From NCBI GenBank assembly GCA_963822965.1, contig CAWGJT010000005.1, positions 1,184,001-1,248,000 of the forward strand: 64,000 bases of DNA, given 5' to 3'. Source of the DNA: an uncultured delta proteobacterium. Lineage in GTDB: Bacteria; Myxococcota_A; UBA9160; UBA4427. Positions 1 through 10,781 of the stretch are shown here, piece after piece (position 1 is the stretch's first letter; every line of letters starts with the position of its first letter). The notes under the pieces were generated by a model. It was not told the origin of the DNA. It ran no database searches and was given only the letters and a program-made list of their open reading frames with translations. The position numbers and the translations under genes are program-made.

Positions 1-199
1 CGGGCTGGCTCCAACGGAGCTTCTCGAGGGGCACCGCCTCGAGCAGCTCGATCCCCGTCCCGCCGTCGTGGTCCGTGGGGATTCCCTGCCCAGGCGGAGG
101 CGAGAGCAGCACCTGAAGGGTCTCGCGGTTGGTCACCGCCTCCCAGACGCGATCGACGGGGACGGCGATCTCGAAGGTCTTCTCCCACTTCTGGCTCAT
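1..199 (-). CDS. SRPBCC/AHSA1-like domain protein (runs off window start)
   Basis: Manual translation MSQKWEKTFEIAVPVDRVWEAVTN matches the typical SRPBCC N-terminus; its ATG overlaps the TGA of the upstream HTH gene (ATGA). Confidence 0.75.
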   Translation of the reverse strand, partial: MSQKWEKTFEIAVPVDRVWEAVTNRETLQVLLSPPPGQGIPTDHDGGTGIELLEAVPLEKLRWSQP

Positions 200-789
200 T
201 GATGGCTCCCTTCGGCTTGGGGGTGTACGGCCAGGACGACCCGGTAGGGGGCGCCCTCCCGCGCGCCGTAGCGTTCGAGCAGGGCTCGCGTCGACTCCAG
301 ATAGGCGCGCATGAAGGCCGCGCGGTCCTCCGGGCTCGCGAAGCGGAGCTCGGCGCTGACCGCGGCGCTGGGAATCTCCTCGCCGTCGAAGGCCGCGCGG
401 TCGAGCAGCTCGGCGGCGTCCTGCTGCAGGCGCTCGCCCAGGGCCACCAGGGTCTCGAGGGAGTGCTGGGCCCGCAGGGCCTCGACGCGCCGGCCGCTGG
501 TCCACGCGACCTCGGGCGCCACCACGAAGGAGCGTGCCACCGAGCGGTAGAGGGTCTCGACGAAGTTGCCGTTGGGGCGGGTGCCCACGGGCTCGACCAG
601 GCCGGCCTCGGCCAGGGCCTTGAGGTGGTAGTTGACCCGCTGGCGGGGCTGCCCGATCTGCCGGGCGACGGCCGCCGCCGAGGCCGGCTCGCGCAGGGCC
701 TCGAGCATCTCGACCCGGGTCGGGTGGGACAGGGCCCGGAGGCCGGCTGCGCTGCGGATCGCGTGGACGCGGGGCTGGGGCTCGCTCAA
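196..789 (-). CDS. ArsR-like winged-helix transcriptional regulator
   Basis: ALSHPTRVEMLEAL...RQRVNYHLKALAEAGLV HTH motif; classic ArsR+SRPBCC pairing. Confidence 0.85.
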   Translation of the reverse strand: MSEPQPRVHAIRSAAGLRALSHPTRVEMLEALREPASAAAVARQIGQPRQRVNYHLKALAEAGLVEPVGTRPNGNFVETLYRSVARSFVVAPEVAWTSGRRVEALRAQHSLETLVALGERLQQDAAELLDRAAFDGEEIPSAAVSAELRFASPEDRAAFMRAYLESTRALLERYGAREGAPYRVVLAVHPQAEGSHQ

Positions 790-804
790 GAAAGTATTTC
801 CTGT

Positions 805-826
805 CTAGAAAACATATTCTTTCTAG
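805..826. promoter_or_regulatory. Putative autoregulatory operator (inverted repeat)
   Basis: CTAGAAA-N8-TTTCTAG in an AT-rich patch just upstream of the ArsR-like start. Confidence 0.5.
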
Positions 827-1074
827 CTGGCCCGGCCGACGCCGTCAAGCCCCACCCCGGGCCGATCCGGCACTGCACGAGGGGCTTGAGCCGGAGGCCC
901 GACGGGCCGACCAGAGAGATGCGTGTCCCGCGCAGCGCCAGGCAGCGTCGAACGCGGCGCGAGGATTCCAGGGACATGGGAGCGGCGCGCGGGGCAGTGC
1001 CCGCGCGGCGTGCCGATCCCCGAGATGCGGGGGCGATGCGCCAGGTACCGCCGCGATCGTTGTAGAGTCGATGC

Positions 1075-2820
1075 GTGAGATCTGATCTGGGGGTTGCTGC
1101 TTTGAAGTCGAGCTTGAGAAGCGACGAGCGGTCCTGTGCCGCCTTGGCCGCTTTGGCCTTGCTGGTTCCGGTGCTGGCTCTGGCGGGCTGTGCTGCCGGA
1201 CGGCCGCCGGTGAGTCCGCAGCACGCGTTTACCGAATCCGGCGACGAGTCGGCACTCGATGCCGACGCACGCGCGATCGCAGCGGGCGAAGCGGACCCGG
1301 CGATCCTCGTGGCCGAAGCGCTGGAATCCTGCGAGTCCGCGCGGACCTTCTGGCAGCAGGGCGACATCGATGCGGCCCTCGCCACGCTCGACCTGGCGTA
1401 CGAGCTGTTGCTGAAGATCCCCGACGACCCGAGCGTCATCCAGCAGAAAGAGGATCTGCGGCTTCTCATCTCGCGCCGTGTCGTCGAGATCTATGGCTCG
1501 CAGCTGACGACGGCGGCTGAGCTCGGCTCTCCGATCCCCGTGAAGATCAACTCGCACGTCGAGCGCGAGATCGAGCGATTCCGCGGCCCCGAACGGGAGT
1601 TCTTCCTCGACGCCTACCGGCGTTCGGGACGGTACCGCCCGATGATCGTACGCATGCTGCGCGAGGCGGGGCTCCCGGAGGAGCTGAGCTGGCTTCCGCT
1701 GGTCGAGAGTGGATTCAAGACGCGCGCGCTGTCATCGGCTCGGGCGCTCGGCATGTGGCAGTTCATCTCCTCGACGGGCTCCCGCTACGGGCTCGACCGC
1801 AGCCAGTGGATCGACGAGCGGATGGACCCGAAGAAGTCGACCGACGCGGCCATCCAGTACCTCACGAATCTGCACGGGCTGTTCGGCGACTGGATGATGG
1901 CCCTGGCGGGCTACAACTGCGGCGAGCACCGGGTGATTTCGCTGATCCGCAGCCAGGAGAACGGCTATCTGGATCGCTTCTGGGATCTCTTCGGTGCCCT
2001 TCCGTCGGAGACGGCGCGTTATGTGCCCCGCTTCCTGGCGACGCTCCTGATCGTGAACAATCCCGAGAAGTACGGCTTCGAGCTGCCGGAGCCGTTGCCC
2101 CCCGTCACCTACGAAACGGTTTCCGTGAGCCGGCACGTGCGCCTGGCCGACCTGGAGGGCGCGCTGGGCCTGGAACGGGAAACGCTCGCGTACCTGAACC
2201 CCGAGCTGCGTCGCGGAACGACCCCCGCAGAGACCTACGACCTCCGGGTGCCGCCGGCGGTGGCTCAGTCGTTCGACGCCAGGCTCGCCGCGCTGCCGAG
2301 CTACGTCCCCCCGCCGCAAGAGAGCTACGCGCGCCATCGGGTCCGGCCGGGCGAGACGCTGTCCACCATCGCACGCCGATACAGAACGTCGGTGGGCGCG
2401 ATCGTGCGTGCCAACCACCTGCGCAGCCGCAACCGGATCCGGGTCGGGCAACGTTTGAGGATTCCTCACCGGGGCGGCTCGGCGTCCGTGCTCGCCGCCA
2501 GGGGCGTCGCGGGAACATCGCTCAAGCACACCGTTCGCCGAGGCGACAGCCTGTGGAGCCTGGCCTCGCGCTACGGCACCACGGTCGACCGCATCAAGGC
2601 CGACAACGGGCTCCGCGGAGACGGGCTCGTCATCGGCCAGAGGCTCGCGATCGAGACCGGGAGTCCGGCGGGCTCGCGCAGCTACACCGTGCGCCGAGGC
2701 GACACGATCGGCCGGATCGCACAGGCTCAGAACGTGCCGGTCGATTCGATCCTGCTCGTCAACGGCCTGTCGCGTTCGAGCACGATCTATCCCGGGCAGG
2801 TCATCCGCTTCCCCGACTGA
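1075..2820 (+). CDS. mltD: MltD-like lytic transglycosylase with LysM repeats (lipoprotein)
   Basis: SLT motifs LVESGF, ALGMWQF, AGYNCG, ETARYV; three LysM repeats; lipobox LAGC. Start approximate. Confidence 0.85.
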   Translation: MRSDLGVAALKSSLRSDERSCAALAALALLVPVLALAGCAAGRPPVSPQHAFTESGDESALDADARAIAAGEADPAILVAEALESCESARTFWQQGDIDAALATLDLAYELLLKIPDDPSVIQQKEDLRLLISRRVVEIYGSQLTTAAELGSPIPVKINSHVEREIERFRGPEREFFLDAYRRSGRYRPMIVRMLREAGLPEELSWLPLVESGFKTRALSSARALGMWQFISSTGSRYGLDRSQWIDERMDPKKSTDAAIQYLTNLHGLFGDWMMALAGYNCGEHRVISLIRSQENGYLDRFWDLFGALPSETARYVPRFLATLLIVNNPEKYGFELPEPLPPVTYETVSVSRHVRLADLEGALGLERETLAYLNPELRRGTTPAETYDLRVPPAVAQSFDARLAALPSYVPPPQESYARHRVRPGETLSTIARRYRTSVGAIVRANHLRSRNRIRVGQRLRIPHRGGSASVLAARGVAGTSLKHTVRRGDSLWSLASRYGTTVDRIKADNGLRGDGLVIGQRLAIETGSPAGSRSYTVRRGDTIGRIAQAQNVPVDSILLVNGLSRSSTIYPGQVIRFPD

Positions 2821-2975
2821 GGTCGGCGATGGGACTTTGAGCTGCGTTCGCCCGAGTCGGGACCGGCGGACCTGAGGCCCGCTCGGCTGCACCGAGCTGC
2901 AGGCCGTGAACGTGGCGAAGAAGCGGGACCGGTCGCCGCTACCGGGGATCGATTCGGGACCGTATCCTTGGGGGC

Positions 2976-3368
2976 ATGCCCCTCATCGAGACCCGCCCCT
3001 ACTTCGTGATCGGTGACCTCGTCTCCAACGTGGGCGTGGGCGCCGGCATCGGCGCGCTCGCGGCGCTGCTCTTCGATCCCACATGGAACATGTTCGTGGC
3101 GATGTTCGTCGCCATGGCGCTCGGCATGCTCGTTTCGCTTCCCCTGGCCTTCCTCCTGGGGGCCCTGTTCGGCGCCATGGAGATCATGATCCCGGTCATG
3201 ACCACCGGCATGGTGGCGGGCATGTTCGTGTCGATGGCCGCTGCGATGGAGGCGTGCCCGGTCGCCCGGGGCGCGCAGCTCGGAGCGTTCTCGGGGGTGG
3301 GTGTCATGATCGCCGTCTACCTCGCCAACGCAGTGATCCGCCGGAGGACATCGCATTGGACCTCGTGA
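2976..3368 (+). CDS. Small hydrophobic membrane protein, unknown function
   Basis: 130 aa, about 4 hydrophobic Met/Gly-rich segments, overlaps the next gene start. Confidence 0.7.
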   Translation: MPLIETRPYFVIGDLVSNVGVGAGIGALAALLFDPTWNMFVAMFVAMALGMLVSLPLAFLLGALFGAMEIMIPVMTTGMVAGMFVSMAAAMEACPVARGAQLGAFSGVGVMIAVYLANAVIRRRTSHWTS

Positions 3369-3961
3369 CCCAGAAGAAGTGGGACCGCGCCGCGGCGAAC
3401 TTCGACCTGATGGCGGGCTACGGCCCCGAGAAGCGCTGGCGACCCTTCAAGGAGGCGTTCTTCGCGCGGATGGGAGAGGGTCGCATCCTGTTCCTGGCCG
3501 TGGGCACCGGCCTCGACGTGCAGTTCTTCCCCCAAGACCGCCGGATCGTCGGGATCGACATCAGCCCGCGCATGCTCGAGGCGGCGGCGCCACGGGTCGC
3601 TGCCTACCGGGGCTCCCTCGAAACGCAGGTCGTCGACGTCCACGAGATGCCCTTCGAGGACGCCTCCTTCGACCAGGTGTTCACCTCCTGCACCTTCTGC
3701 TCGGTGCCGCGGCCCGTGGAGGGGCTCGAGGCCCTGCGCCGCGTGCTGAGGCCGGGCGGCGAGCTCCACATGTTCGAGCACACGGGCAGCCGCTACTACC
3801 CGTTCCGCCTGATGATGAACCTGATGACGCCGCTCTCCCGGCGGGTCGGACCGGAGATGAACCGCCCCACGGTGCAGAACGTCGAGCGCGCTGGCTTCAC
3901 GCTCGAGCGGGTCGAGCACGTCTTCCTGGACGTCGTGAAGACCATCCACGCCCGCGCCTAG
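3356..3961 (+). CDS. Class I SAM-dependent methyltransferase
   Basis: ILFLAVGTG, GIDISPRML, FDQV, LRPGG motifs; TTG start after GGAGG. Confidence 0.85.
   Translation: MDLVTQKKWDRAAANFDLMAGYGPEKRWRPFKEAFFARMGEGRILFLAVGTGLDVQFFPQDRRIVGIDISPRMLEAAAPRVAAYRGSLETQVVDVHEMPFEDASFDQVFTSCTFCSVPRPVEGLEALRRVLRPGGELHMFEHTGSRYYPFRLMMNLMTPLSRRVGPEMNRPTVQNVERAGFTLERVEHVFLDVVKTIHARA
3886..3961 (+). repeat. 76-bp direct repeat, left copy (3' end of methyltransferase; att-like)
   Basis: Matches 10850-10925 except for one substitution (GAC vs GAT). Confidence 0.95.
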
Positions 3962-5745
3962 GAGCGCGAGCTCCCTAGCGACAGCAGAAGGCCGGTCGCC
4001 TCCCGCTCCAGACGCGTCATGCGAAGACTCCGTGCGCTCTCGCATGCGATGCTCAGCTTCCTTCGAGCAGCCTGGATCCGCCTCTGTCCGCCCCGACGAC
4101 TCAACATCCATCCCCAGGCGCAGGCTACTGTCGCCTCGAATCCGCGCGCATCGAGAGCTTGGCAGATCTCCGTCGCCCGGCGAAAATGTTCCTCGGCCTT
4201 CGTCCAAGACTCGAGGGTCGTTTCCGCGAGACCCAGGAAATAGTCCAACGGTTCGGCGCAAATGTACGCCCCCATCGAAACCATCACGTGATCACTCCGC
4301 GACATTTCATCCAGGCATTGCCATGCCAGGCGTCTGTCGGCGAGTCGGAACGCGATCTCCGCACAGAACGCGACGATCGTATTCCAGACGTGATTCCGCG
4401 GCTCTGAGTCGAACCAGCCCCTCGGAAGACGATCCATCATCCGGGCCCCGTTCTCAGGAACCCCCAAGTAGGACATCCCCAGCGCGATCGAGATCGCCGT
4501 GATCCTGTGTTGCAGTCGTTCCACCCCGAGCACGGGCATCACGAGATGCCTGATCTCTTCCGTCCGCACGCGCGCGGTCATCCACGCCTGGGCTCCGAGC
4601 ATCAAGCGATGGTCTTCTTCGCTGTCGCTGATGTATCCGAGGCCTCTGTCTCGGCACTCGATCGCGTGGTCGTAGCGCCCGCCCATGAATTCCAACGTCG
4701 ACTGCACCAGTCCCAAACGAGCGAGCCAGAGGTTCTCGTCGAGCTCTTCCGCAAGGCGCCGAAAGGCGGCCCAGTGCGACTCCATGCGCTCCAGATCGGC
4801 CGCAGCGAGTGCGTCGCTCACACACGCGAAGTGTGCCGCGAGCTCCATTCGGGGGTCCTGAAGCTCGCGCGCCGTCTTGACTGCCCTCTCGGACATCTCG
4901 CGCCTTTCACGCAGCGTGCCGGGACCTTCGATGGCCAGATGACCCAACAACAGGATGCGGGCGCTGGTATGCGGATCATCGAGTGCCTCGCTGTCGCGCA
5001 GATTTCGCCGCACGGCGGCACAGCGCTCGCCGAGATTCGTGATCTCCATGTTCGCGACTTCGAGCTCGGCCTTGAGCTCGAGCGACAAGGCGAGATCGCT
5101 CGAGCCGACCGCCCGAATCGACTCGTTCAGAAGGTCGATGAGCAGCGGACTTCGGTGGCTTGCCAGGTAGGTGCCCGCCATCGCGATCGCGGCGCGTCCA
5201 AGAAGCGATCCGTCTTCGCACATGCGCGCGAGCACCGCCACGCGAAGCAGGTGCGTGCGAGCCGCGCTGAAGAGGCCTTGCCTCGTCTCCAGGATAGCCA
5301 ACTCGAGACATCGCTCGGCTTCGTCTCGGGACGGGGTCGATCCCACGTCCAGCTCGGCTTGCAGGATCGCGATTCGCTCTCGTCGTGCCGCGCGCTCGCC
5401 TCCGGCCTCCGAGCCGAGAGCCGTAGAGGACTCGATCTCTCGGATCGGCTGCACGAAGCGATAGCCGACCCCGTGGATCGTCTGAATGATTCCGCTGCCG
5501 TCTCGTTCACGACTCCCAAGCGCCGTGCGCAGCGCGTTCACACATCGGGGCAGCGACGAATCGGAGACCTGGTCGCCATCCCAGAGAACCTCGATGAGTT
5601 CCTCCTTGCCGACGATTCGATCGTTGTTTCGAATCAGGTAGCTCAGCATCAGCAACGCGCGCCGTTCGAGCTTGATTCGCCGCCCACCGCTGAGCACCGT
5701 TCCGCTGGACTCGTCGAACGAGAAGCCCGCGAATTCGATGACCAC
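3958..5745 (-). CDS. OmpR/CadC-type winged-helix regulator with helical (TPR-like) C-terminus
   Basis: IEFAGFSFD...KEELIEVLW...IQTIHGVGYRF; convergent with the methyltransferase, sharing CTAG. Confidence 0.8.
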   Translation of the reverse strand: MVIEFAGFSFDESSGTVLSGGRRIKLERRALLMLSYLIRNNDRIVGKEELIEVLWDGDQVSDSSLPRCVNALRTALGSRERDGSGIIQTIHGVGYRFVQPIREIESSTALGSEAGGERAARRERIAILQAELDVGSTPSRDEAERCLELAILETRQGLFSAARTHLLRVAVLARMCEDGSLLGRAAIAMAGTYLASHRSPLLIDLLNESIRAVGSSDLALSLELKAELEVANMEITNLGERCAAVRRNLRDSEALDDPHTSARILLLGHLAIEGPGTLRERREMSERAVKTARELQDPRMELAAHFACVSDALAAADLERMESHWAAFRRLAEELDENLWLARLGLVQSTLEFMGGRYDHAIECRDRGLGYISDSEEDHRLMLGAQAWMTARVRTEEIRHLVMPVLGVERLQHRITAISIALGMSYLGVPENGARMMDRLPRGWFDSEPRNHVWNTIVAFCAEIAFRLADRRLAWQCLDEMSRSDHVMVSMGAYICAEPLDYFLGLAETTLESWTKAEEHFRRATEICQALDARGFEATVACAWGWMLSRRGGQRRIQAARRKLSIACESARSLRMTRLEREATGLLLSLGSSRS

Positions 5746-6444
5746 TCGACAGCCCCCTCCTCCGGTCTCAGTTCCGTGTCGTCACGTTCTACTCACGCCC
5801 TTCCTCGCATTGAACTCGATCCGGACCTTCTATGCTAGAAGCCCACGGCAGAAGCGCCGGAACCGATTCACTCGGCCGTCGGGTCCGCTTGGTCGGGTAG
5901 CGGCAGCACCCCGTTCGGTGCCGCCGCCCCGCCTCCCGGAAAGTCTCAGTGCCTGCGCAGAATCTGCCGTGGACGCGGTACGATCCACGCTCCGCTGTAG
6001 TGCGTCACCAACGCACGCGAACCCCACCAACCGGGTTGAACCCGGAGCTTCCGCAGAGCGGATCGGTCGGGCGCACCCACGCCACGTAGCCATGAGCAGC
6101 TGCTCGGGTCCGAGATGCGCAATGGCGTCGAAGACGCGGCGCTGGCTCTCGCCGGCGCGACACACGCGGCGTGTAACCTGGCACGTTTCGGACATGGCTA
6201 TCGGATGCTCGACGACAGTATCTCCCAGGCGCAGGGCATCGCCCTGATCGAGGGCTCGGGACTTGCCTTCTACTCGGCGATGGCCCTTCTTGCCCTCGTG
6301 GCGGTCGTCCAGAAGGCCGGCGGGGGCGGCAGCCAGCTACTCCGGGGTCACACCCAAGGCCCGGGTGCTCGGTCCCGCGACCGCTGGAGGCGTGGGCGTC
6401 CTCTCGAGCGGCGCTCGCGAGGACGTCCACGCCTCGGGCCCCGT

Positions 6445-8412
6445 TCAATCGCTTCGCAGGCGCAGCCGCTCCCTTCGCCTCCGCAAGGCCATCAGCGGCA
6501 GCAGTACGAGCGCAAGCTCGAAGCCCAGACCACAGCTGCTTGTCCCTGCCTCGGATACCCCGGTCAGATTCGGGCAATCCCGGTCTGCCGGCCAGTCCAC
6601 GAGGCCGTCAGCGTCGTCGTCGATTCCGTTGCTGCACTCGGGAGCTTCTTCCCACCTTGCAGTCCGACAGCCAGGATCATCGGGATAGTCGATCAAGCCG
6701 TCACCGTCGTCGTCGATCCCGTTGCCGCACTCCGGATCTTCGACCGCCTGGTAGCCGTTACAACCCTCGTCTTCCGGATAGTCGATCAGGAGGTCCCCGT
6801 CGTTGTCCTTCCCGTCCTCACACTCGAAGCACGCATCCCCGACCCCGTCATTGTCTGCATCTTCCTGGTTCGGGTTCGGGTGAAACATGCAGTTGTCGAG
6901 CGCGTCGACGACCCCATCACCATCGCTGTCGGGTTCGATGGTCAGGTTCTCGAAGAACTGATTGGGCAGAGTCCCCGGTACCAGGTTGAGCAGGTTGGTG
7001 TACAACGTCGCGGAATCTCCGCCTGCCATGTACATGTCCGGGTCACCGTCCTGGTCGTAGTCGATCAGGTCGACCGAGAGACGCTCCGCTTGAAATCCGA
7101 GCGGCCCGATGAAGACGGGATCGATGTAGGTGTCCACGAGGATGGAGAAGGCAGCGCCGGTGGCTTGCTCGTCGTAGCGATAGGCGCGGACACCACCCTC
7201 GCCTTCCCACGTCCCGGGGCCGTAGCTGGTAAATCGATACCACGCGAGGAGGATGTCGACATTCCCGTCGACATCGAGGTTCCCGAGCTCGACGTCCACT
7301 GGCGTCTCCCAGAACCCGATGTTGCCGACATGGGGAGCAAGGAAGCTCCCGGGGTTGGCCGCATCACCTCGGAAGACGGCGAACTCACCGTGGTCTGATG
7401 CGATGTCGTATCCACTGAGGACCACATCCTCCGCTCCGTCCCCGTCCAGGTCGGCGGCCGCCCCTGAGTAGCCCTGGAAGCCCGGGTCGAACGCGCCGGC
7501 ATGCGAAAAGGCGCCGCTTCCATCGTTGACGAAGAGATCCCCTGCCGCCACGCCGACGCCCATGTTGACGTTCATGATGTCGAGACTCGTGTCGCCGGGG
7601 CCGTCGGCAAGCAGGAAGAAGACACCCACGCCGTACTCACTGTTGCTCGATCCTTGCGGGAGCTGACTCGCCGTGAAGCTGGTGCCGCTTCCCCCGACAT
7701 TGAGAAAGACCGAGGTTCTCGCCGGGTCTCCCGGGACGCTACATGCACCCGAGGCGATCGGGCCCGGCGTCTGCGAGACCGCAAAATCCGCGGCGAAGTC
7801 GCCATTCAGATCACCCGCGGCAATGTGTGTGGGGCAGGCCGTCATCGACCCGACGAAGTCCGCCGGGTTGCTCAGGTCGAACCAAAGGCCTCCGACGCCC
7901 TTCTTGTTCTGAAACACCTTCACTTGTCGAAGAATGGCGTCGGTCAGGATCAGGTCTGCGAAGCCGTCGGCGTTGAGATCTACGAGCTCCACATCGGTGG
8001 TCTCGCTCGCACCGATCCCAAGGGCAATCGCATCGAAGCCACCGACCCCATCGTTCAAACGAAGAACCAGGGTCTCGGAAGCCGGGTAGGCGCCGACGTT
8101 CGACTCCAAGAGGTCCGGATAGCCGTCGTTGTTCACGTCGCCGACTTCGGCGTCTGTCGTTCTCTGCAGGTTGAGATTCGGATTGCCCAGAAAAGCAGAG
8201 GCGTCGTGGAAGTCGATCAATTGGAGGCCACTTCCGGGATCGACCTCCTCGCCGTCGATCTGTGTGCGCTCCACGAACTGCAGCGGATTGTTCTGCGCCG
8301 AACTCGAGGTCGCGACGAACACGAAGGCCAAAGCGAGCACGTACAAGCCGGTCGATACGCTGCCAGCCCCTCTCTTCGACGACTGTCCCAAACCCCGTGA
8401 GAAATCTGACAT
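6445..8412 (-). CDS. Secreted FG-GAP/VCBS repeat protein with TSP3-like Ca-binding repeats and a CGLG-type C-terminal sorting tail
   Basis: Signal peptide; repeats GDVNNDGYPDL, DLNADGFADL, DLDGDGAED; DSDGDGVVDALDNC; tail SSCGLGFELALVLLPLMALRRRR. Start approximate. Confidence 0.8.
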   Translation of the reverse strand: MSDFSRGLGQSSKRGAGSVSTGLYVLALAFVFVATSSSAQNNPLQFVERTQIDGEEVDPGSGLQLIDFHDASAFLGNPNLNLQRTTDAEVGDVNNDGYPDLLESNVGAYPASETLVLRLNDGVGGFDAIALGIGASETTDVELVDLNADGFADLILTDAILRQVKVFQNKKGVGGLWFDLSNPADFVGSMTACPTHIAAGDLNGDFAADFAVSQTPGPIASGACSVPGDPARTSVFLNVGGSGTSFTASQLPQGSSNSEYGVGVFFLLADGPGDTSLDIMNVNMGVGVAAGDLFVNDGSGAFSHAGAFDPGFQGYSGAAADLDGDGAEDVVLSGYDIASDHGEFAVFRGDAANPGSFLAPHVGNIGFWETPVDVELGNLDVDGNVDILLAWYRFTSYGPGTWEGEGGVRAYRYDEQATGAAFSILVDTYIDPVFIGPLGFQAERLSVDLIDYDQDGDPDMYMAGGDSATLYTNLLNLVPGTLPNQFFENLTIEPDSDGDGVVDALDNCMFHPNPNQEDADNDGVGDACFECEDGKDNDGDLLIDYPEDEGCNGYQAVEDPECGNGIDDDGDGLIDYPDDPGCRTARWEEAPECSNGIDDDADGLVDWPADRDCPNLTGVSEAGTSSCGLGFELALVLLPLMALRRRRERLRLRSD

Positions 8413-8892
8413 GTGTTTTGGTCCCCGAATGATCGTCCAATTTGCTTGCCGGCCCAGGTCCACTGGAAGATCGAGTGGACGAAGGACCCATCACATCCAG
8501 TCACCCTACGGGAAGAGCGCATCAGCGATTCTTCGAAATTCTTAAGATTCAGGAGGCCCGCTCCCCCCTGCGATATTGGTGTGCCCCTTAGGTGCTTGGA
8601 TCGCGATGGCACCGCCCCTGGACCTTCCGTCGGAGAATTCGCGCCATCGCTCCAAGGCGGCTTCGGGCTGACGCCCGAGCGCAGCCGCGATCGGGGGGTG
8701 GAAGGCATCTGGCCTCGACTGCTCGAGCGAGACGACCGAACCGGCGGTGCGGAGCCAGCCGGAACCACGCCAATCGGCAGCGCCGGAGTGCGCGGGGGAA
8801 GCCCTCTCAGGCAGTCCGATTCGGACTCTCAGCAGGCGCCGCGACCGAAGCGGCTCTGGGGCGTGAGCGGTGCGCCGGGCGCCTCGACGCCG

Positions 8893-9510
8893 TCAGTCCC
8901 GGGGCTCCCAGACCGCCGTGATGACGGCGCGTCCGGTCGCGGTGTCCAACGTGCCGAGCTCTGCCGCGCCGTCGACGCCGAGGATGGCGAAGATCGCGGA
9001 GACGGTGGCGGCCGTGCCGTCGAGGTAGGTGGCGTTGCGCATCACCGTCGGCAGGTTGTGCATCTCGAGACGCCCCTCGCAGTCGCCGATCGCAACGAAG
9101 CTCATGTCTCCCGCATCGCGGTAGATCTGGTTCCACACCTTCGAGCACCAGCCAAAGAGCCGACCCGGGTCGCGGCCGCGCAGGCGAAGGGCGGTCTGGA
9201 GGAACCTGCCGAAGAGCGGCGACTCGAAGGTCGAGGCGAGGGCGTCGCGCAGGATCGTGCGGGCGCGCTCGCGGCCCGCGAGGGCGAAGAGGTGCTCGGT
9301 GATCTCCACGTCGATGTCGGCGGGGATCAGGGAGATCCGGCTCGCCGAGCGGAGCGTCTCGGCGCTCGCGGGGCGCAGGCTCTCGCGCACGCGACGACCG
9401 AGGTCCGCGTCTACCTTGGCGATCGCGTCCAGCGTCCCCTGGACGAAGCTGGCGGACATTCTCGGACCGGCTGACACGACGGCACCTCCGCCCCCGTAAT
9501 CGGTCGGCAT
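8893..9510 (-). CDS. Hypothetical protein
   Basis: Natural-looking ~190-205 aa C-terminal part of the long ORF (MSASFVQGTLDAI...AVWEPRD), directly downstream of the MFS gene. Confidence 0.6.
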   Translation of the reverse strand: MPTDYGGGGAVVSAGPRMSASFVQGTLDAIAKVDADLGRRVRESLRPASAETLRSASRISLIPADIDVEITEHLFALAGRERARTILRDALASTFESPLFGRFLQTALRLRGRDPGRLFGWCSKVWNQIYRDAGDMSFVAIGDCEGRLEMHNLPTVMRNATYLDGTAATVSAIFAILGVDGAAELGTLDTATGRAVITAVWEPRD

Positions 9511-9557
9511 CCGGCGGCCCTTGAGCGGAGCGGGGACGCGTCGCCGTCGAGGAGCGG

Positions 9558-10781
9558 TCACGCGGTGGGAACCACTCCCCCGCCCCGGACGGACGGAGTG
9601 GGCGCCGCACGGCGATGGAACGTCTCGCGCACGCCGATCGCCAGACCGATCGACACGACGAGCAGCCCGAGCAGCAAGCCCACAGCGGGCTCGAAGCTCT
9701 CGCCGTCGCCCTTCACCCACTGCATCGCGACGATGACCACGACGCCGCCGGCGTTGCCGAGCAGCATCAGGACGCCCGTGGCGAAGCCGGCGCAGCGTCG
9801 GCCCGACAGCTCGACGCACATCTCGAGCAGCAGGGCATAAGCGGGGAGGAACGAGAAGCCGAGCAGAGCGGCCAGCAGCAGCAGGCTCGCGTAGTCGCGC
9901 CCCGTACAGAGCGGCCTGGTGGTGAGCAGAGCGCCGAGCGCGCAGGCGATCACGAAGGGCTTGCGCCGCTGCAGACGATCCGAGAGGGCCGGGACCACCG
10001 CGGCGCCCACGATGCCACTCACGATCAGGACGCCCCCGAGCGCTCCGGCGCGCACTGCGTCGATGCCGTTCGGCGCGACGATGAGCTCGAGCCAGGTGGT
10101 CAGTCCGTTGAAATAGCCCAGCCCCAGGAACGCCATGGCGAAAACGATCATCAGGTCTGCGCCCACCACCTGGCGGAAGCCCCGGCTCGCGTTCTGGACC
10201 TCTCCGCCCCCGCGCTCCTCCGCCTGCCAGGCGAAGACCAGCGCGGCCGCGACCGAGACGGCGCCGAAGACCGCCATGGCGCCCGAGAGCGAGAGCGCCT
10301 CGGTCAGGAGCGGCGTCGCCGCCATCGCCAGCGCCATGCCCAGGAACATCCCGATGGTGGCGACGCCGGTGGCGACCGCGGCGTGACCCTCCTCGAACCA
10401 GTCCGACACGAGCTTCGAGACGCCGTTCATGATGAACGGCTGTGCGACCGCCACGCCCGCCTGGGCGGCGAGCAGCGTCGCGAAGCTTCCATCGGCCGTG
10501 CGCAGGCAGGCGCAGGCCGCCTGCAGCACGGCGCCCGCCAGGACGGTGCGCTTGTAGCCGGCGCGATCCACCAGCGCGCCGGCCGGCAGGGAGAGCACCA
10601 CGTACAGCAGGGGAAACACCAATACCAGCGTGCTGGCCCACAGCTCCGAGATCGCGTAGCGCGCCTGCAGCAGGGAGAGCAACGGCGCGAAGTTGAGCCA
10701 GAGCATCTGGCTCACCCCGGCCACGAAGGTGTAGGCCAGCAGCACCTTCCAGCGCCGCAATCCGTCGTTCGGGCTCTGCAT
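9558..10781 (-). CDS. MFS transporter
   Basis: About 12 hydrophobic segments; motif A-like GALVDRAGYK and PALSDRLQRRK; ATG after GGAGG. Confidence 0.85.
   Translation of the reverse strand: MQSPNDGLRRWKVLLAYTFVAGVSQMLWLNFAPLLSLLQARYAISELWASTLVLVFPLLYVVLSLPAGALVDRAGYKRTVLAGAVLQAACACLRTADGSFATLLAAQAGVAVAQPFIMNGVSKLVSDWFEEGHAAVATGVATIGMFLGMALAMAATPLLTEALSLSGAMAVFGAVSVAAALVFAWQAEERGGGEVQNASRGFRQVVGADLMIVFAMAFLGLGYFNGLTTWLELIVAPNGIDAVRAGALGGVLIVSGIVGAAVVPALSDRLQRRKPFVIACALGALLTTRPLCTGRDYASLLLLAALLGFSFLPAYALLLEMCVELSGRRCAGFATGVLMLLGNAGGVVVIVAMQWVKGDGESFEPAVGLLLGLLVVSIGLAIGVRETFHRRAAPTPSVRGGGVVPTA

Noticed and set aside
6180..6330. Hydrophobic protein-like stretch on the plus strand inside the island
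   Set aside because: No recognisable family, start or end.
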